Below, in pieces: positions 11,538 to 23,000 of a stretch of 64,000 nt of DNA (the stretch's first letter is position 1; each line of letters opens with the position of its first letter). The translations under genes and the position numbers were made by a program. Source of the stretch: an uncultured Planctomycetota bacterium (GTDB lineage: Bacteria > Planctomycetota > Planctomycetia > Isosphaerales > Isosphaeraceae). The DNA lies in contig CAWJTV010000034.1 of NCBI GenBank assembly GCA_963845755.1, positions 192,001 through 256,000 on the forward strand, written 5' to 3'. A model generated the notes under the pieces. The model made no database searches, was not told where the DNA came from, and was given only the letters and a program-made list of their open reading frames with translations.

Positions 11538-12062
11538 CGGTCAAGACCTCCCCGATAGCGAGCAAGATGCTGTTCCATCGCCATCCGCGCCCGGTGCACG
11601 AGCACGCCGGCGTTGCTGGGTCTGACCTGGAGGATCTCGGCGACCTCCCGGAGCGAGTACCCTTGACTCTTCAGTTCGAGGGCAGCCCTCTGCTGGACGG
11701 GGAGCGTTGCCAGCCCCCGCCCGATCACCTCGGCGAGTTCCCGGTCGAGCAAGATTCGGCCGGGCTCGCGGGCGGATCGATCCTCGACTTCGAGGGGGCG
11801 ACCCTCCTTGCCGAAGAGCGACACGACCACCCGACGTCGCGACAGCACGTTGATACACGCATGACTGATCGCCCTGAGCAAGAGCTTCATGCCGTCGCGC
11901 GGCAGGTGGTACGTGCCGCTTTTTGCGAGCAGTTGAACAGTAGCAGTCCTGGACCACATCCTCGGCCTGCTCGCGATTGCGAAGCAAGGATGTGGCATAC
12001 GCCACGGCCCTCGGCGCCGTGGCGAGCACCCAGACCGAGAGATCGTCCGGGTCGTCGTGCAC
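11534..12062 (-). CDS. ECF sigma-70 factor (frameshift near 11940; start uncertain)
   Basis: Region 2 AYATSLLRNREQAEDVVQD in one frame; region 4 LATLPVQQRAALELKSQGYSLREVAEILQVRPSNAGVLVHRAR in the next. Confidence 0.85.
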
Positions 12063-12244
12063 AACATCGACGGACGGGTGCTGGCCGTCGCCGGAAGGCC
12101 GTACCTCATCGTACTGCGCCGTCGACCATTTCGAGATAGGACGGAAAACCCAATGTCGTCGGTCCTGTGCTGGAGAACGACTGGCTCCTGGTGCAAGGGA
12201 GCCAGTCCCGCCCGGTTGCCCGATGGCCGGAATCCGAACCCGTC

Positions 12245-12756
12245 TCACCGGCTCGACGAGCCGAGGTCGATCACGATCGACTTGAAGTCTCTCAAGATCA
12301 TCTTCACATCGGACCGGGTGATCCCGCTCGCGTGCAAGACCGACGAGACGTCGGACCTCGTCTGTTGCATCAGCGATTGGGGGATACTCGCGCTGGTGAG
12401 GACGCCCGACACGTCCTGTCTCAACGCTGCGAGCTCGACCGGCGTGATCTTCCCATGGGAGACGTCGGCCCGGAAGTCCGTCTTGAGGGCGGTGACCGCG
12501 GCCGGATCGGGCTTGGTGGCGACCGCCGCGATCGACTCGAAGTCGGATGTCACCGCCTTGACCTCGGCGATGGTGACGTTCGAACTCTGATGGATGGTAT
12601 TCAGGTCGTCCGCGAGTTGCTGCACGCCCTGCTGGAGCGTGGAGAGCAGCCGGCGCCCTCGAGCAGTTCGCAGCCGATCGCCATTCGGCGGCGCCGGGAG
12701 GGCACGAGCCCCTGACGAGCAGCGCGTGAGGAGCCGCCAGTGCGAGTTATCATCAT
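12245..12756 (-). CDS. Small helical protein with planctomycete extracellular (LE-x-R-x-LLS) N-terminal motif (frameshift near 12655)
   Basis: RBS GAAGGGGA, then MMITR...RRRRMAIGCELLEG joins RRLLSTLQQGVQQLADD... across a 1-bp shift. Confidence 0.6.
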
Positions 12757-13106
12757 CGGAATTCCCCTTCTCTTCATGACAGAGGCCGAGTGGCCGACCC
12801 CACACGCCAGGCGTGCGGATTGATCCATCAAGTCGAATCCTCGCGGCCTGAGTATAAAACACACAGACCCGTCACTTCTTACAATCCGCCCTCACCATTT
12901 CTCGACGAGTTCCCAGGAACCCGGCCTTCGATGTAACCCTCGATTCAACAACGGGTTGCAGGGCCGATCCCGGCGATCCCTCGTCGGAAATCCGCAATAT
13001 GCGGAAAAGTTTATGCAACTGGGAGTGCGCTCGTGCGGATCGTATGGGTAAACGGACGTTGCGCCGAGGACACCTTCCGCTGCATCCAGACCCGGGGCCT
13101 ACCTCC

Positions 13107-14906
13107 ATGATCGCGACAACCAAGACCACGGTCGATCGGGCCGAGATCAACCGCCGCAACGCCCAGAAGAGCACCGGGCCAAGGACCCCCGAGGGCAAGC
13201 AACGCTCCAAATTCAACGCCGTCAAGCACGGCATGACCGCCAAGACCGTCGTCTTGCCCGGCGAGGATCCCCAGAAGTTGCAGATCCGCCTCGAGACCTG
13301 GACGGACCAGCTCCAGCCCCAGAACGACATCGAGCAGTTCCTGCTGGAGCAGGCGGTACACTCCTCCTGGATGCTGGAGCGCGCCCAGCGGGCTGAGCTG
13401 GCGCGGCTGTCCCACCTCATCGCGTCGGTGCCGGAGTCCCAGTCCCTTCGGGACCACGAACAGGCCGTCGCCCTGGGCTTCTGGCTCTTCAGCGACCGCG
13501 GAATCTGCGCCGAAGCGGGCCTCCAGGACAACGTCCTCAACGTCCTGGGCACAGCCCCAACCTCGGCCAGGGGCCCCGGCCACCTGGACCTGCTCGACCA
13601 CCCCGAAGCCATCGTCTTCCGCCTGGGAACGACGCCGGCCGGCGCCCAGTGGATGCTCGACCGCTGGACCGAGCTCCGCAACCATCTGGAAACCGGCCAG
13701 GCCTGGTCGCTCGACCAGAAAAAGAAGGCCCTCCGCCTGCTGGGGAGACGGCCGCTGGGTCTGGACCCCTTCGCGCCAGGAGACCCCTTGCAATGGTATG
13801 GCGATGCCGCGGAGGGGACGGGGACCGATCGCGACGACCGGGAGTCGAAGGCCCGCTCCAGGCAACCGATCGGCCAGCGGATCCGTGAGCTGCTCAACAG
13901 CCCGGTTGACGGCGCGGAGGCCGAGCGACGGATCGACGCGCAACTGGACCGACGGCTGGTGGCCGGCGAAGCCGACACGATCGCCGTGCTGAAGAGTATC
14001 GCGGACCGGGCGATCGGCCGCCTCGAGGCCGTGGCCGCGGAGCATCGCCGGCTCGCCGACGCCGACGATCCGACCGCCCGGCAGTCCTTCGACGCCAGCA
14101 ACGAGGGCGAGCGCCTGCGCCGCTACCAGTCCTCGTGCAGCCGGCATCTGTTCCGCAACATCGATACCTTCCTCAAAATCCGCAAATCTGGCGTGGCGGT
14201 GCCCGATGGCGGAGAACCCTCCACCGCGGCGCCCGAGGTTCCCAGTCCCGTCCAGCCGCAGGCCGATCGCGAGAATCCGCGAAACGAACCCAGCGACCCG
14301 CCCGTTGACCGCGTGAGTCCCCAGGACGGCGCCACGGAGGACCATGACGATCCACGCGCCGAGATGATCGGACCGGCTGAAGCCGGAACTCCAACCGGGG
14401 ACTCCACCGGTTCGGAGCGGGATGTCCGCCTACAGGCAGTCTGCGAACAATGGTACGGTGAGAGTCCGCAAGCCGATCCCGCACCGGCGCGGGCTGCGGA
14501 GATCGATCATCTCCAACCGCCGTCGCTCCGCACCGTGATCGTGGCCCTGACGCTCGCGCTCGTCGTCCTGTCCGGCGCCAGCGCCGTGGCCCGCGCGCAT
14601 GGAAAACGCCAAAACGAACCCAGGGACCTGCCCGTCGAAATGAGGAATCGCCAATTCAAACCCACCGCCGCACCGCGCCAAGCGGCCCCTGTCCACGCCG
14701 ACACTCTTCATCTCGTTCCCAGGCTCCTGCGTGGGAATGCCGTCCTGGCCGCTCTGCGGCCCACGCGACGCGGAGCGTGGCTCCCGTACGTTCACGCAGA
14801 GCATGGGAACGAGGATTCCCCTGGCGGCAGCAAGATTCCGTGTCAGGTGGGTGCAACTCACCAATTCCCCGACCCTTCCGGTCCATCCGCGAAGTCCCGA
14901 AGATGA
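13107..14906 (+). CDS. Uncharacterised 'NRRNAQKSTGPRTPEGK...NAVKHG' family protein; C-terminus low-complexity and REP-derived
   Basis: N-terminal AEINRRNAQKSTGPRTPEGKQRSKFNAVKHG, later SFDASNEGERLRRYQ and NEP repeats; true C-terminus uncertain. Confidence 0.75.
   Translation: MIATTKTTVDRAEINRRNAQKSTGPRTPEGKQRSKFNAVKHGMTAKTVVLPGEDPQKLQIRLETWTDQLQPQNDIEQFLLEQAVHSSWMLERAQRAELARLSHLIASVPESQSLRDHEQAVALGFWLFSDRGICAEAGLQDNVLNVLGTAPTSARGPGHLDLLDHPEAIVFRLGTTPAGAQWMLDRWTELRNHLETGQAWSLDQKKKALRLLGRRPLGLDPFAPGDPLQWYGDAAEGTGTDRDDRESKARSRQPIGQRIRELLNSPVDGAEAERRIDAQLDRRLVAGEADTIAVLKSIADRAIGRLEAVAAEHRRLADADDPTARQSFDASNEGERLRRYQSSCSRHLFRNIDTFLKIRKSGVAVPDGGEPSTAAPEVPSPVQPQADRENPRNEPSDPPVDRVSPQDGATEDHDDPRAEMIGPAEAGTPTGDSTGSERDVRLQAVCEQWYGESPQADPAPARAAEIDHLQPPSLRTVIVALTLALVVLSGASAVARAHGKRQNEPRDLPVEMRNRQFKPTAAPRQAAPVHADTLHLVPRLLRGNAVLAALRPTRRGAWLPYVHAEHGNEDSPGGSKIPCQVGATHQFPDPSGPSAKSRR
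14712..14813. repeat. REPIN-like element (inverted REP doublet)
   Basis: CTCGTTCCCAGGCTCCTGCGTGGGAATG ... CACGCAGAGCATGGGAACGAG, with terminal inverted repeat CTCGTTCCCA/TGGGAACGAG. Confidence 0.7.
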
Positions 14907-15011
14907 GTGTTAGGTTGGGCCATGATGGGAGGTACATTCGATGAGCCCTCTTCGAGTCCGTAGGACATCCGTGCACGACCCGCGACGACAAGCGGCCAGG
15001 GAGTTGCCACG

Positions 15012-18000
15012 ATGACACCGTGTCCCAGCGACCACGACCTCCAGCACCTCCTGAACGAAGATCTCGTCGCGGCCGACGAGGCAAACGTCGTCGCCCACGT
15101 CGAATCGTGCCAGCGCTGTCAGGCGCGGCTCGAGAACCTGACGAGCAGCGACGCCCTGCGTGCGTCGTGGCTCGTGCCCCCGGACTCGCAGGTCCTCACG
15201 GAGCGAGACCGGCTGACGTACACCTGTCGTCTCGAAGTCCCCCCGGACTCCGGCGCTCGATCCAATCGGCCTGCGGACACCGAGCCGGACCTGACCGCGA
15301 ATCCCGCCCACGCCGCCAACGTCCCCACCCAGAGCGATCCGACGCCCATCGATCGGGAAGGCCCGGACCCTCTGGCCACGGCGGACAATCTGACCGGGAT
15401 CGCGACTGAGGCGCCCCCCACGGAAAGGACCGATCCCGACGCGAACGAGCCCGGCGCCGAGAGAGCCGATCTCAACACCGAGCGAACGTTAGCCCTGAGC
15501 GGTCCCACCCCCTCGCCCGCGCCGGTGCGACCGAACGGCCGCCACACGGGTGGGCCGACCATTCCTGGCTACGACATCCTCGGCAAGCTCGGCGAGGGGG
15601 GCATGGGCATCGTGTACAAGGCCCGCCAGCAGGGCCTGAATCGCCTGGTGGCCCTCAAGATGATCGTGGGCGGACAGCAGGCTCGGGTTGACCACCTCGC
15701 GCGATTCCGCATCGAGGCCGAGGCGGTCGCCCGGCTCCGGCACCCGAACATCTTGCAAATCTATGACATCGGCGAAGTTGACGACATGCCATTCGTATCG
15801 CTCGAGTTGCTCGAAGGCGGGGACCTCGACGATCGGCTGGCGGGCACGCCCCAGCCCGGACGGTCTGGAGCCCAGCTTATGGCCACATTGGCCCGGGCCG
15901 TCCACGCGGCCCATCAGGGCGGGATCATTCACCGCGACCTCAAGCCGTCCAATATCTTGTTCAACGACGAGGGGATCCCCAAGATCACCGACTTCGGCCT
16001 GGCCAAGCGGCTGGAATCGGACAGTCGGCAGACCGAGACCGGCCAGATCATGGGCACGCCCAGCTACATGGCACCGGAGCAGGCCCGCGGACATACCAGG
16101 GACGTCGGACCGGCCGCGGACACCTACGCGCTGGCGCGATCCTCTACCAGGTCCTGACCGGTCGTCCTCCGTTCATGGGCGAGACGCCGCTGGAGACCGT
16201 CCGCCAGGTTGTCTACGACGAACCGGTCTCTCCGTCGCGGCTGGTCCCGCGCGTACCGCGCGACCTGGAAACCATCTGCCTGAAATGCCTGCAAAAGGAA
16301 CCGAAGAAGCGATACGAAACCGCGCAGGCGCTTGCCGACGACCTGGATCGCTATCGGAGCGGCAACACGATCAAGGCGCGGCGGACCCCATGGCCGGAGC
16401 GTGCGGCCAAGTGGTCGAAACGGCGGCCCCTTACCGCCGGGGCGATCGTGGCCAGCCTCCTGGCCATGTCGGGCCTGATTGCCTGGGGCATCGCCATCGA
16501 GCGTGACCAGCGGCTTCAGAGGACCCGGCGGGATCAGCAGTTCGTCGTGGAGGAAGCCCGGGGCATGGCGCTCGCCGACCAGGCCGACCAGGCCCAGACG
16601 CGCGAAGCGTTGGAGCAAGTCGAGCGCGAGCTGGGGACATTCCATCCCGACGTCAAAACCGACCCTCGGCTCAAGCTGATTCTGGCCCACGTGGACCAGA
16701 GGAAGGAGCAGGTCACCGAACGGCTGCACAACTGGAACACCCAGGAGGCGGTACGTCTTCAGTTTCAGAAGTTCCTGGACCGACGCCAGGAGGCCCAGTG
16801 GTACGCCGTCGGGTTCGAGGGGCTGAATCCGGCGGACCGCCTCGAGAAGCTCCATGCGGTGGCCGTCTCCGCGCTCCGCGACTACACCACGGAACCCGGC
16901 GCCGGCGACCCGACCGAGGCAGTACTGAAACCGCTGCCCCGTGCCCTGTCCGAGGCCGAACAAGCGCGGGTCCGCGACGGTTGCTACGACCTGCTCTTGC
17001 TCCTGACACAAGCAGCCGCGCCGGCCGAGGGCCTGAGGATCCTCGACCGGGCGGCCCGGCTTCGCCCGCAACCGACGGCCGCGTACCACCTCCGCCGCGC
17101 CGAGTGCCTCGAGCGCGCCGGCGACGACGCCGGCCACGACCTCGAAGTCAAATCCGCCCGGCAACTCCAGCCTTCGACGGCGCTCGATTACTTCCTCAAC
17201 GGCCGCGAGCTGGTCGTCCGTCGCGAGTTCGCCGAGGCCATCCGTTCCCTCGACCGGGCCGTTCAGCTCGATCCCGATCAGACCTCCGCCCATCTGTTGC
17301 TGGCCGTCTGCGACCTCGCCATGCAACCCAAGCGATCGCGAGAGGCGATCAGCAGCCTCAGCACGTGCATCCGCGTCAATCCCGGCGTGGCCGGCCTCTA
17401 CCTCATGCGCGCTTCGGCCTTCGGCGAGGAGGGCAACCAGGCCCAGGCCGCGATCGTCGCGGGGCGAACGAGTGACCCGGAAGTCGCGCGTCGGAAACAA
17501 GAGGCGCACGAAGCCTTCGAGGCCGCGGAGGCCGACTTCTCCCGGGCCCTCAAGTTGGAGCCAGGGGCGGATCTCCGGTACGGACTCTTGACCCAGAGGG
17601 CCCTGCTCCGCTTGCGGGCGGACCGCCTCGCGGAGGCGACCGCCGACCTCGATCTGGCGATCCAGGTCCAGCCGAATGCCTATCAGGCTCACACCACGAT
17701 GGCCCAGGTCCTCCAGCGCCAGGAGCGGCTCGCCGATGCCGATACGTCGTTCGGCCGGGCGATCGCCTGTCATCCGGAACCCCCCGTGCTGGCCGGGCTC
17801 TACCGCAGCCGCGCCTTGCTGCGCGCGTCGCGGCCCGGGATCACACCGGCCCAGCAGGACGCGGCACTCCAGGACCTGGCCGAGGCCATCCGCCGGGAGC
17901 CGGACGGTGTCCTGAAGGCCGCCGACCACGTCTCGCGGGCCCGGCTGTTCTTCCGGGCGCACCGCGCGGCCGAGGCGCTCGCCGACTGCGACGCCGCGAT

Positions 18001-18955
18001 CGCCCTGGTCCCCCATGATCCGGATGCGCACCGCGTGCGGATCGCGACCCTGATGGAATTGAAGCGGTACGACGCGGTGCTCGCCTCGGCCGACGCCTAC
18101 CTCGCCCGCGGCAAGCCGATCGTCGAGATCCTCGAGATCCGCGGCCTGGCCCGGGTGGCGCGAAAGGACTACGCGGGCGCGATCGCCGACTTCAATCGGG
18201 CCCTCGATCAGAAGCCCGCGACCGAGCCAGCCCAGCGGGGCCGGCTGTTGAACCGGCGGGGCTGGGCTTACCAGTATTCCGACGCACCCCGATTGGCCCG
18301 GTCCGACTTCGAGGAATCGCTCCGCCTGGAACCGAACCAGTCCGACGCCTACAGCGGACGGGGCCTGGCTCGGATCCGGCTCGGCGATTGGCGTCCCGCG
18401 GTCGCCGACGCCGAGGCCGCGATCCGCCGGTCTCGCGAGGCCGGCGCCGATTCGACGAGTGAGGACGCGGCAGCGGCCCAGGTCCAGGCCCTCTTCAACG
18501 CCGCGCGGATCTACGCCCAGGCCGTCGAGTTCGCGGCCCGGGACGTCAGCCGGGAAGGTGAACGGGCGGTATCATTCTATCGCCGCTATCGCACCCGCGC
18601 CCTGGATCTGCTCGATGAGGCCCTCAAGCAGGAACCCGATCCGGCGCGCCGGACAGAGATCCTCAACGACCCCGCCTTGCGACCGCTCCGGCTGCGAACC
18701 ACCCCGAGACCGGCCGCCCGCGGGAACATCAAAGTAGGTCAGGCTTTCCAGCCTGACGCCGCGTTGGGCGCGGGTCTCCTGACCCAGCCCTTGGCCATCA
18801 AAGTAGGTCAGGCTTTCCAGCCTGACGCCGCGTTGGGCGCGGGTCTCCTGACCCCGCCTTGGCCGGACGAAGGTCTCCCGCACGCCTCCAAACGGTTGGT
18901 GGAGACCTTCGGTCGGCCCGGTGGCGGAATTCGAGTGTGCACAAGCCAACTGTGA
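15012..18955 (+). CDS. Hanks-type Ser/Thr kinase with N-terminal HxxxCxxC zinc-finger, one TM-like helix and TPR repeats (frameshift near 16135)
   Basis: CPS...HVESCQRC; LGEGGMGIVYKA, VALK, HRDLKPSNIL, DFG, GTPSYMAPEQ; continues with PRDLETICLKCLQKEPKKRY, a hydrophobic segment, then many A..DF.RAL TPR motifs. Confidence 0.92.
18727..18864 (+). repeat. 69-bp tandem duplication made of two REP-like palindromes, in frame at the kinase 3' end
   Basis: CATCAAAGTAGGTCAGGCTTTCCAGCCTGACGCCGCGTTGGGCGCGGGTCTCCTGACCC starts at 18727 and at 18796; GTAG-headed hairpin GTCAGGCT-TTCC-AGCCTGAC. Confidence 0.85.
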
Positions 18956-19041
18956 GGCGCTCTAGGGCACCCGGAGGCGGAATCGTGAACGGCGATCGCA
19001 CGAGTCAATGTGATGAAACGATGGGGATGAGCCACCCACGC

Positions 19042-19782
19042 TCACGTCAAGCGGAAGATCCGGCAGGTCTCGTCGTAACTCGCTTCCAGCTCCAGCGGCA
19101 CGGCGAACTCATCGGACAGCCACAGGGGCAATGTCGGCAGCGGCTGGCCGAGGGCGAGGGGATGCATCCAGGACTCGAAATGCCAGGCCTCGTCCAGGCG
19201 CTTCCAGCGGCAGGCGGCGGCATACAGCGGCGGTGGCTCCGGCGCCAGTGCGGGGTCCGCCTGGCCGATCAGCTCCAGCAGGTCGCCGTACAGGTTGAAC
19301 TGCCGGGTCGTGACCAGGTTGACGATCGCGACAGAGACCCGCTGCTGGAGCAGGGCCGCGCACTTGGTCACGAACGCGCGGCGGTTCTCGGGCCGGTCCT
19401 TGTTGGCGGGGCTGACGATCTCGACGGCCGCGACGAGGCGGCGGTCCCGCCACGCGTCGAAGACTCGAACCTCGTAGGCGTACTGGTCCGGCAGGTCCGC
19501 GGCGACGGCGAAGGTCGGCCGTGGCGGCGCCCACACCGCGGTCGCGACGCCGCCCTCACCCTCATCCGCGCCCACGGCCGCGACGTCGGTGGGTTCGTCC
19601 TGGTCGTAGGCGGAGACGTCGATCTCCATGGAGGCCCCGAGGTGGACGCGCGGCTCGGCGAGGTAGCGCGGCGGGAGCTTCCGGTTCAGCGCCTTCACGA
19701 TCTCGGACGGCCACGAGCCGTGAAAGCCCTCCCACGAGGTCTTCTTATCAAGCGGCGGGCGAAAATGGTCGCGCAGCGGCAT
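19042..19782 (-). CDS. DUF4058 family protein (Uma2/PD-(D/E)XK-like)
   Basis: MPLRDHFRPP...WEGFH..W, LVAAVEIVSPANKDRP, LPTLPLWL...VPLELEASYDETC. Confidence 0.88.
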   Translation of the reverse strand: MPLRDHFRPPLDKKTSWEGFHGSWPSEIVKALNRKLPPRYLAEPRVHLGASMEIDVSAYDQDEPTDVAAVGADEGEGGVATAVWAPPRPTFAVAADLPDQYAYEVRVFDAWRDRRLVAAVEIVSPANKDRPENRRAFVTKCAALLQQRVSVAIVNLVTTRQFNLYGDLLELIGQADPALAPEPPPLYAAACRWKRLDEAWHFESWMHPLALGQPLPTLPLWLSDEFAVPLELEASYDETCRIFRLT

Positions 19783-19864
19783 GGCACAGTCCTCCGTTGC
19801 CGTCATTGTATCCGCGGACTCTCGCGCCCTGCCAGCCCGGCGCCTTGCGGTCGGCTGGGCGAGG

Positions 19865-20005
19865 CTGGAGCGCGTAACGATTGCGTAGCGAACACCCCGG
19901 GGTCGATGCGAATTCACCCCCGGTATTCCCGTTACGAAGGGGGCGACGAAAACGCTAGCCCGAGCGCGGGCTCTTGGTCTCCTCCTTGGTAAGGGGGGAC
20001 GAAAA
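19865..20005. repeat. Partial second copy of the 10271-10465 element
   Basis: CTGGAGCGCGTAACGATTGCGTAGCGAACACCCCGGGG...GAATTCACCCCC plus two CC..TT..AAGGGGG palindromes; aligns by eye to both arms of the first copy. Confidence 0.6.
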
Positions 20006-20052
20006 AACCTCCGATCTCGACCGCGTTCTCACCCCTCGTCTGGACCGTGACC

Positions 20053-23000
20053 ATGACCACCATCCTGAAGGCGCCACGACCGCGCAACCACCGACAGCGA
20101 GCCGGATCGCCCCTTGCCGAGCTGGCGCCGATGGAGACCGCGCCTGGAGTGGATGGAGGACCGCACGCTGCTGTCGGCGATCACCGTCACGAACACGCTC
20201 GATGACGGCAGCGTCGGCAGCCTGCGCTGGGCGGTCGAACAGGCCAATGCCGGCGGGGGAGCTGAGACGATCAACTTCGACCCCTCCCTGTTCAACACTC
20301 CCCAGACGATCACCCTGTCGTCCGGCCAGCTCGAGCTGAGCGACACGACCGGGACCGAGACGATCACCGGCCCGGCGGCGGGCTTGACGATCAGCGGCGG
20401 CCGACGAAGCCGGGTCTTCCTGGTGGACAACGGCGTCACGGCGTCGATCTCGGGGGTGATCATCACAGCCGGCAGCGGCTACAGCGGCGGCAGCGGCGAC
20501 GGCGACGGCGAAGGACCCACTGGCGGCGGCCTGGAGAACTACGGCACAACCACGCTGACCAATTGCACCATCACTGGCAACTACTCCATTGGCGGCGGCG
20601 GCTTGAACAACCTCGGCACAGCGACGCTGAACGGTTGCACGATCAGCAACAACGCCGCCGGCAGCGTCCTCGGCGTCGGCGGCGACGGCGGCGGGCTGCG
20701 GACCTTCGGCGGCACGCTCACGCTGACCAACTGCACCGTCAGCGGCAACCACGCCAGCAAGAACGGTGGCGGCCTCTACCTCAACAACCTCACCACCGGT
20801 GGCACGACCACGCTGACCAACTGCACCCTCAGCGGCAACTCCGCCTGGGTCCGGAGGCGGCGTGGACAACGAAAGTGGGACGGCGACCTTCGGCAACACG
20901 ATCGTGGCGGAGAACACGGCCACCACCGGGCCCGATGCGTACGGAGCCTTGACTTCCCGGGGGAACAACCTGATCGGCCAGACCGACGGCAGCTCCGGCT
21001 GGGTCGGCTCCGACCGGACCGGCATCAGCGCCGCGCCGCTCGACGCCCTGCTGGCACCGCTGGGCCACTACGGCGGCCCGACCCAGACCTTCGCCCTGCT
21101 GCCGGGCAGCCCGGCCCTCGACGCGGGCAACAACGCCCTCATCCCCGCCGGCGTCACCACCGACCAGCGCGGGCTCCCCCGCATCGTCAACGGCCATGTC
21201 AACATCGGCGCCTTCGAGTCGAGTGGGTTCACCCTCGCCTACAGCTCGGGGAGCGGCCAGACAGCCGGTGCGTTCGCCCCGCTGGTCGTGACGGTCGCCG
21301 CCCACAACCCGATCGAGCCCGTGGCGGGGGGCCTGGTCACATTCACCCCGCTGGGGAGCGGAGGAACGTCGGCGGCACTGACGGGCAGCCCGGCGACCAT
21401 CAGCGCCGGCGGCACGGCCAGCGTCACGGCCACGAGCAACGGTGTCGCCGGCAGCGACACCGTCTCGGCCACGGCCAGCGGCGCTCGGGCGCGGCCTCGT
21501 TCCGCCTGACGAACGTCGCGCTGGTGTCGATCGCGGTCTCCCCCGCCGACCCCGAGCTGCCCTTGGGCTTGTGGGAGCCGTTCACCGCCACGGGCACCTA
21601 TGCCGACGGCTCGACTGCGGACATCACCCGGTTGGTGACCTGGGCGTCGGCGACGCCGTCGGTGGCCACGATCAGCGGCACCGGTGCGGCCTCGGCCCTG
21701 GCCCTGGGGACCGGCGCGATCACCGCGTCACTGGCGGGCGTCACCAGCCCCGCCGACACCTTGACCGTGATTGCCCCCACCTCCTTCGTGGTGAGCAACA
21801 CCGGCGACAGCGGCCCGGGCTCGCTCCGCCAGGCGATCCTCGATTCCAACGCCGCGACCGGATCGACCAACACCATCGACTTCAACATCTCCGGTCCCGG
21901 CGTGCCGACGATCGCGCCTCTGAGCCCCCTGCCCACGATCACCAATCCCGTGCGGATCGATGGCGAATCCCAACCCGGCTATTCGGGCACGCCCTTGATC
22001 GAGCTCAACGGCAGCCAGGCCGGCAGCGGCGACGGGCTCCTGATCACGGCGCCGAACGTCACCGTCCGCGGCCTGGACATCAATGATTTCAGCCAGGGAG
22101 CCGGCATCCACCTCACGGGCACCGGCGCCACGGGCGATTGGATCGATGGCAACTTCCTGGGGACCGATCCGATCGGCACGCTGGCCGTGCCCAACGAATA
22201 CGGCGTCGAAATCGACGGGGGGGCCAGCGGCAACCTCATCGGAAGCAAAGGCGACGGCATCAACGACGCGGCCGAGCGGAACCTGATCTCAGGCAATCGG
22301 AACGGTGGCGTCTGGATCGACGGCCAGGGCACGGATGGCAATGCCGTCGCGGGCAACTTCATCGGCACGAGTGTCACCGGGGATGTTGCCCTGAACAACG
22401 GGACCGTTTCCTACTTCTTCGGGAACCCTATCCAGGGCGGAGTCGTGATCGATGGAGGCGCCTCCGGCAACCGGATCGGGACCGATGGTAACAGCGTCCA
22501 TGACGTCGGTCAGCGGAACGTCATCGAGGGGGGCAATGCCCTATTAGCGAATGGATCGATGGTGTCGCCATCTCCGGCACCGGCACGGACGGCAACGTGG
22601 TCGCGGGCAATTTCATCGGGACCGACGCGACCGGGACGATTGCCCTGGCCATCCCTGGTTGCCCGAGCGACGGTGTTTCCATCGAGGCAGGCGCGTCAGG
22701 CAACTGGGTCGGGGTCAACCCCACTGGCGGAACGGCTGTTGCCGACGAGGGGAACGTGATCTCCGGCAACTTCGCCGGGTATCAGACCGTCGGCGGGTTC
22801 GGTGTCGAGATCTCCGGGTCGAATGGCAACGTCGTCGCCGGGAATCAGATCGGCACCGACCTCACGGGGACCCTGGCACTCGGCAACCTGTCGGGCGGCG
22901 TCCTGATCGACCAGGGCGCGTCCAGCAATACGATCGGTGGAATTGCTGCTGATGCGGGCAACCTCATCACCAACAACGGCGGGCCGGGGGTCGAGGTCGG

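Noticed and set aside
15900..16200. Programmed frameshifting in the kinase or other split genes
   Set aside because: No slippery heptamers at the shift sites, and indels are scattered across unrelated genes, so error is more likely.
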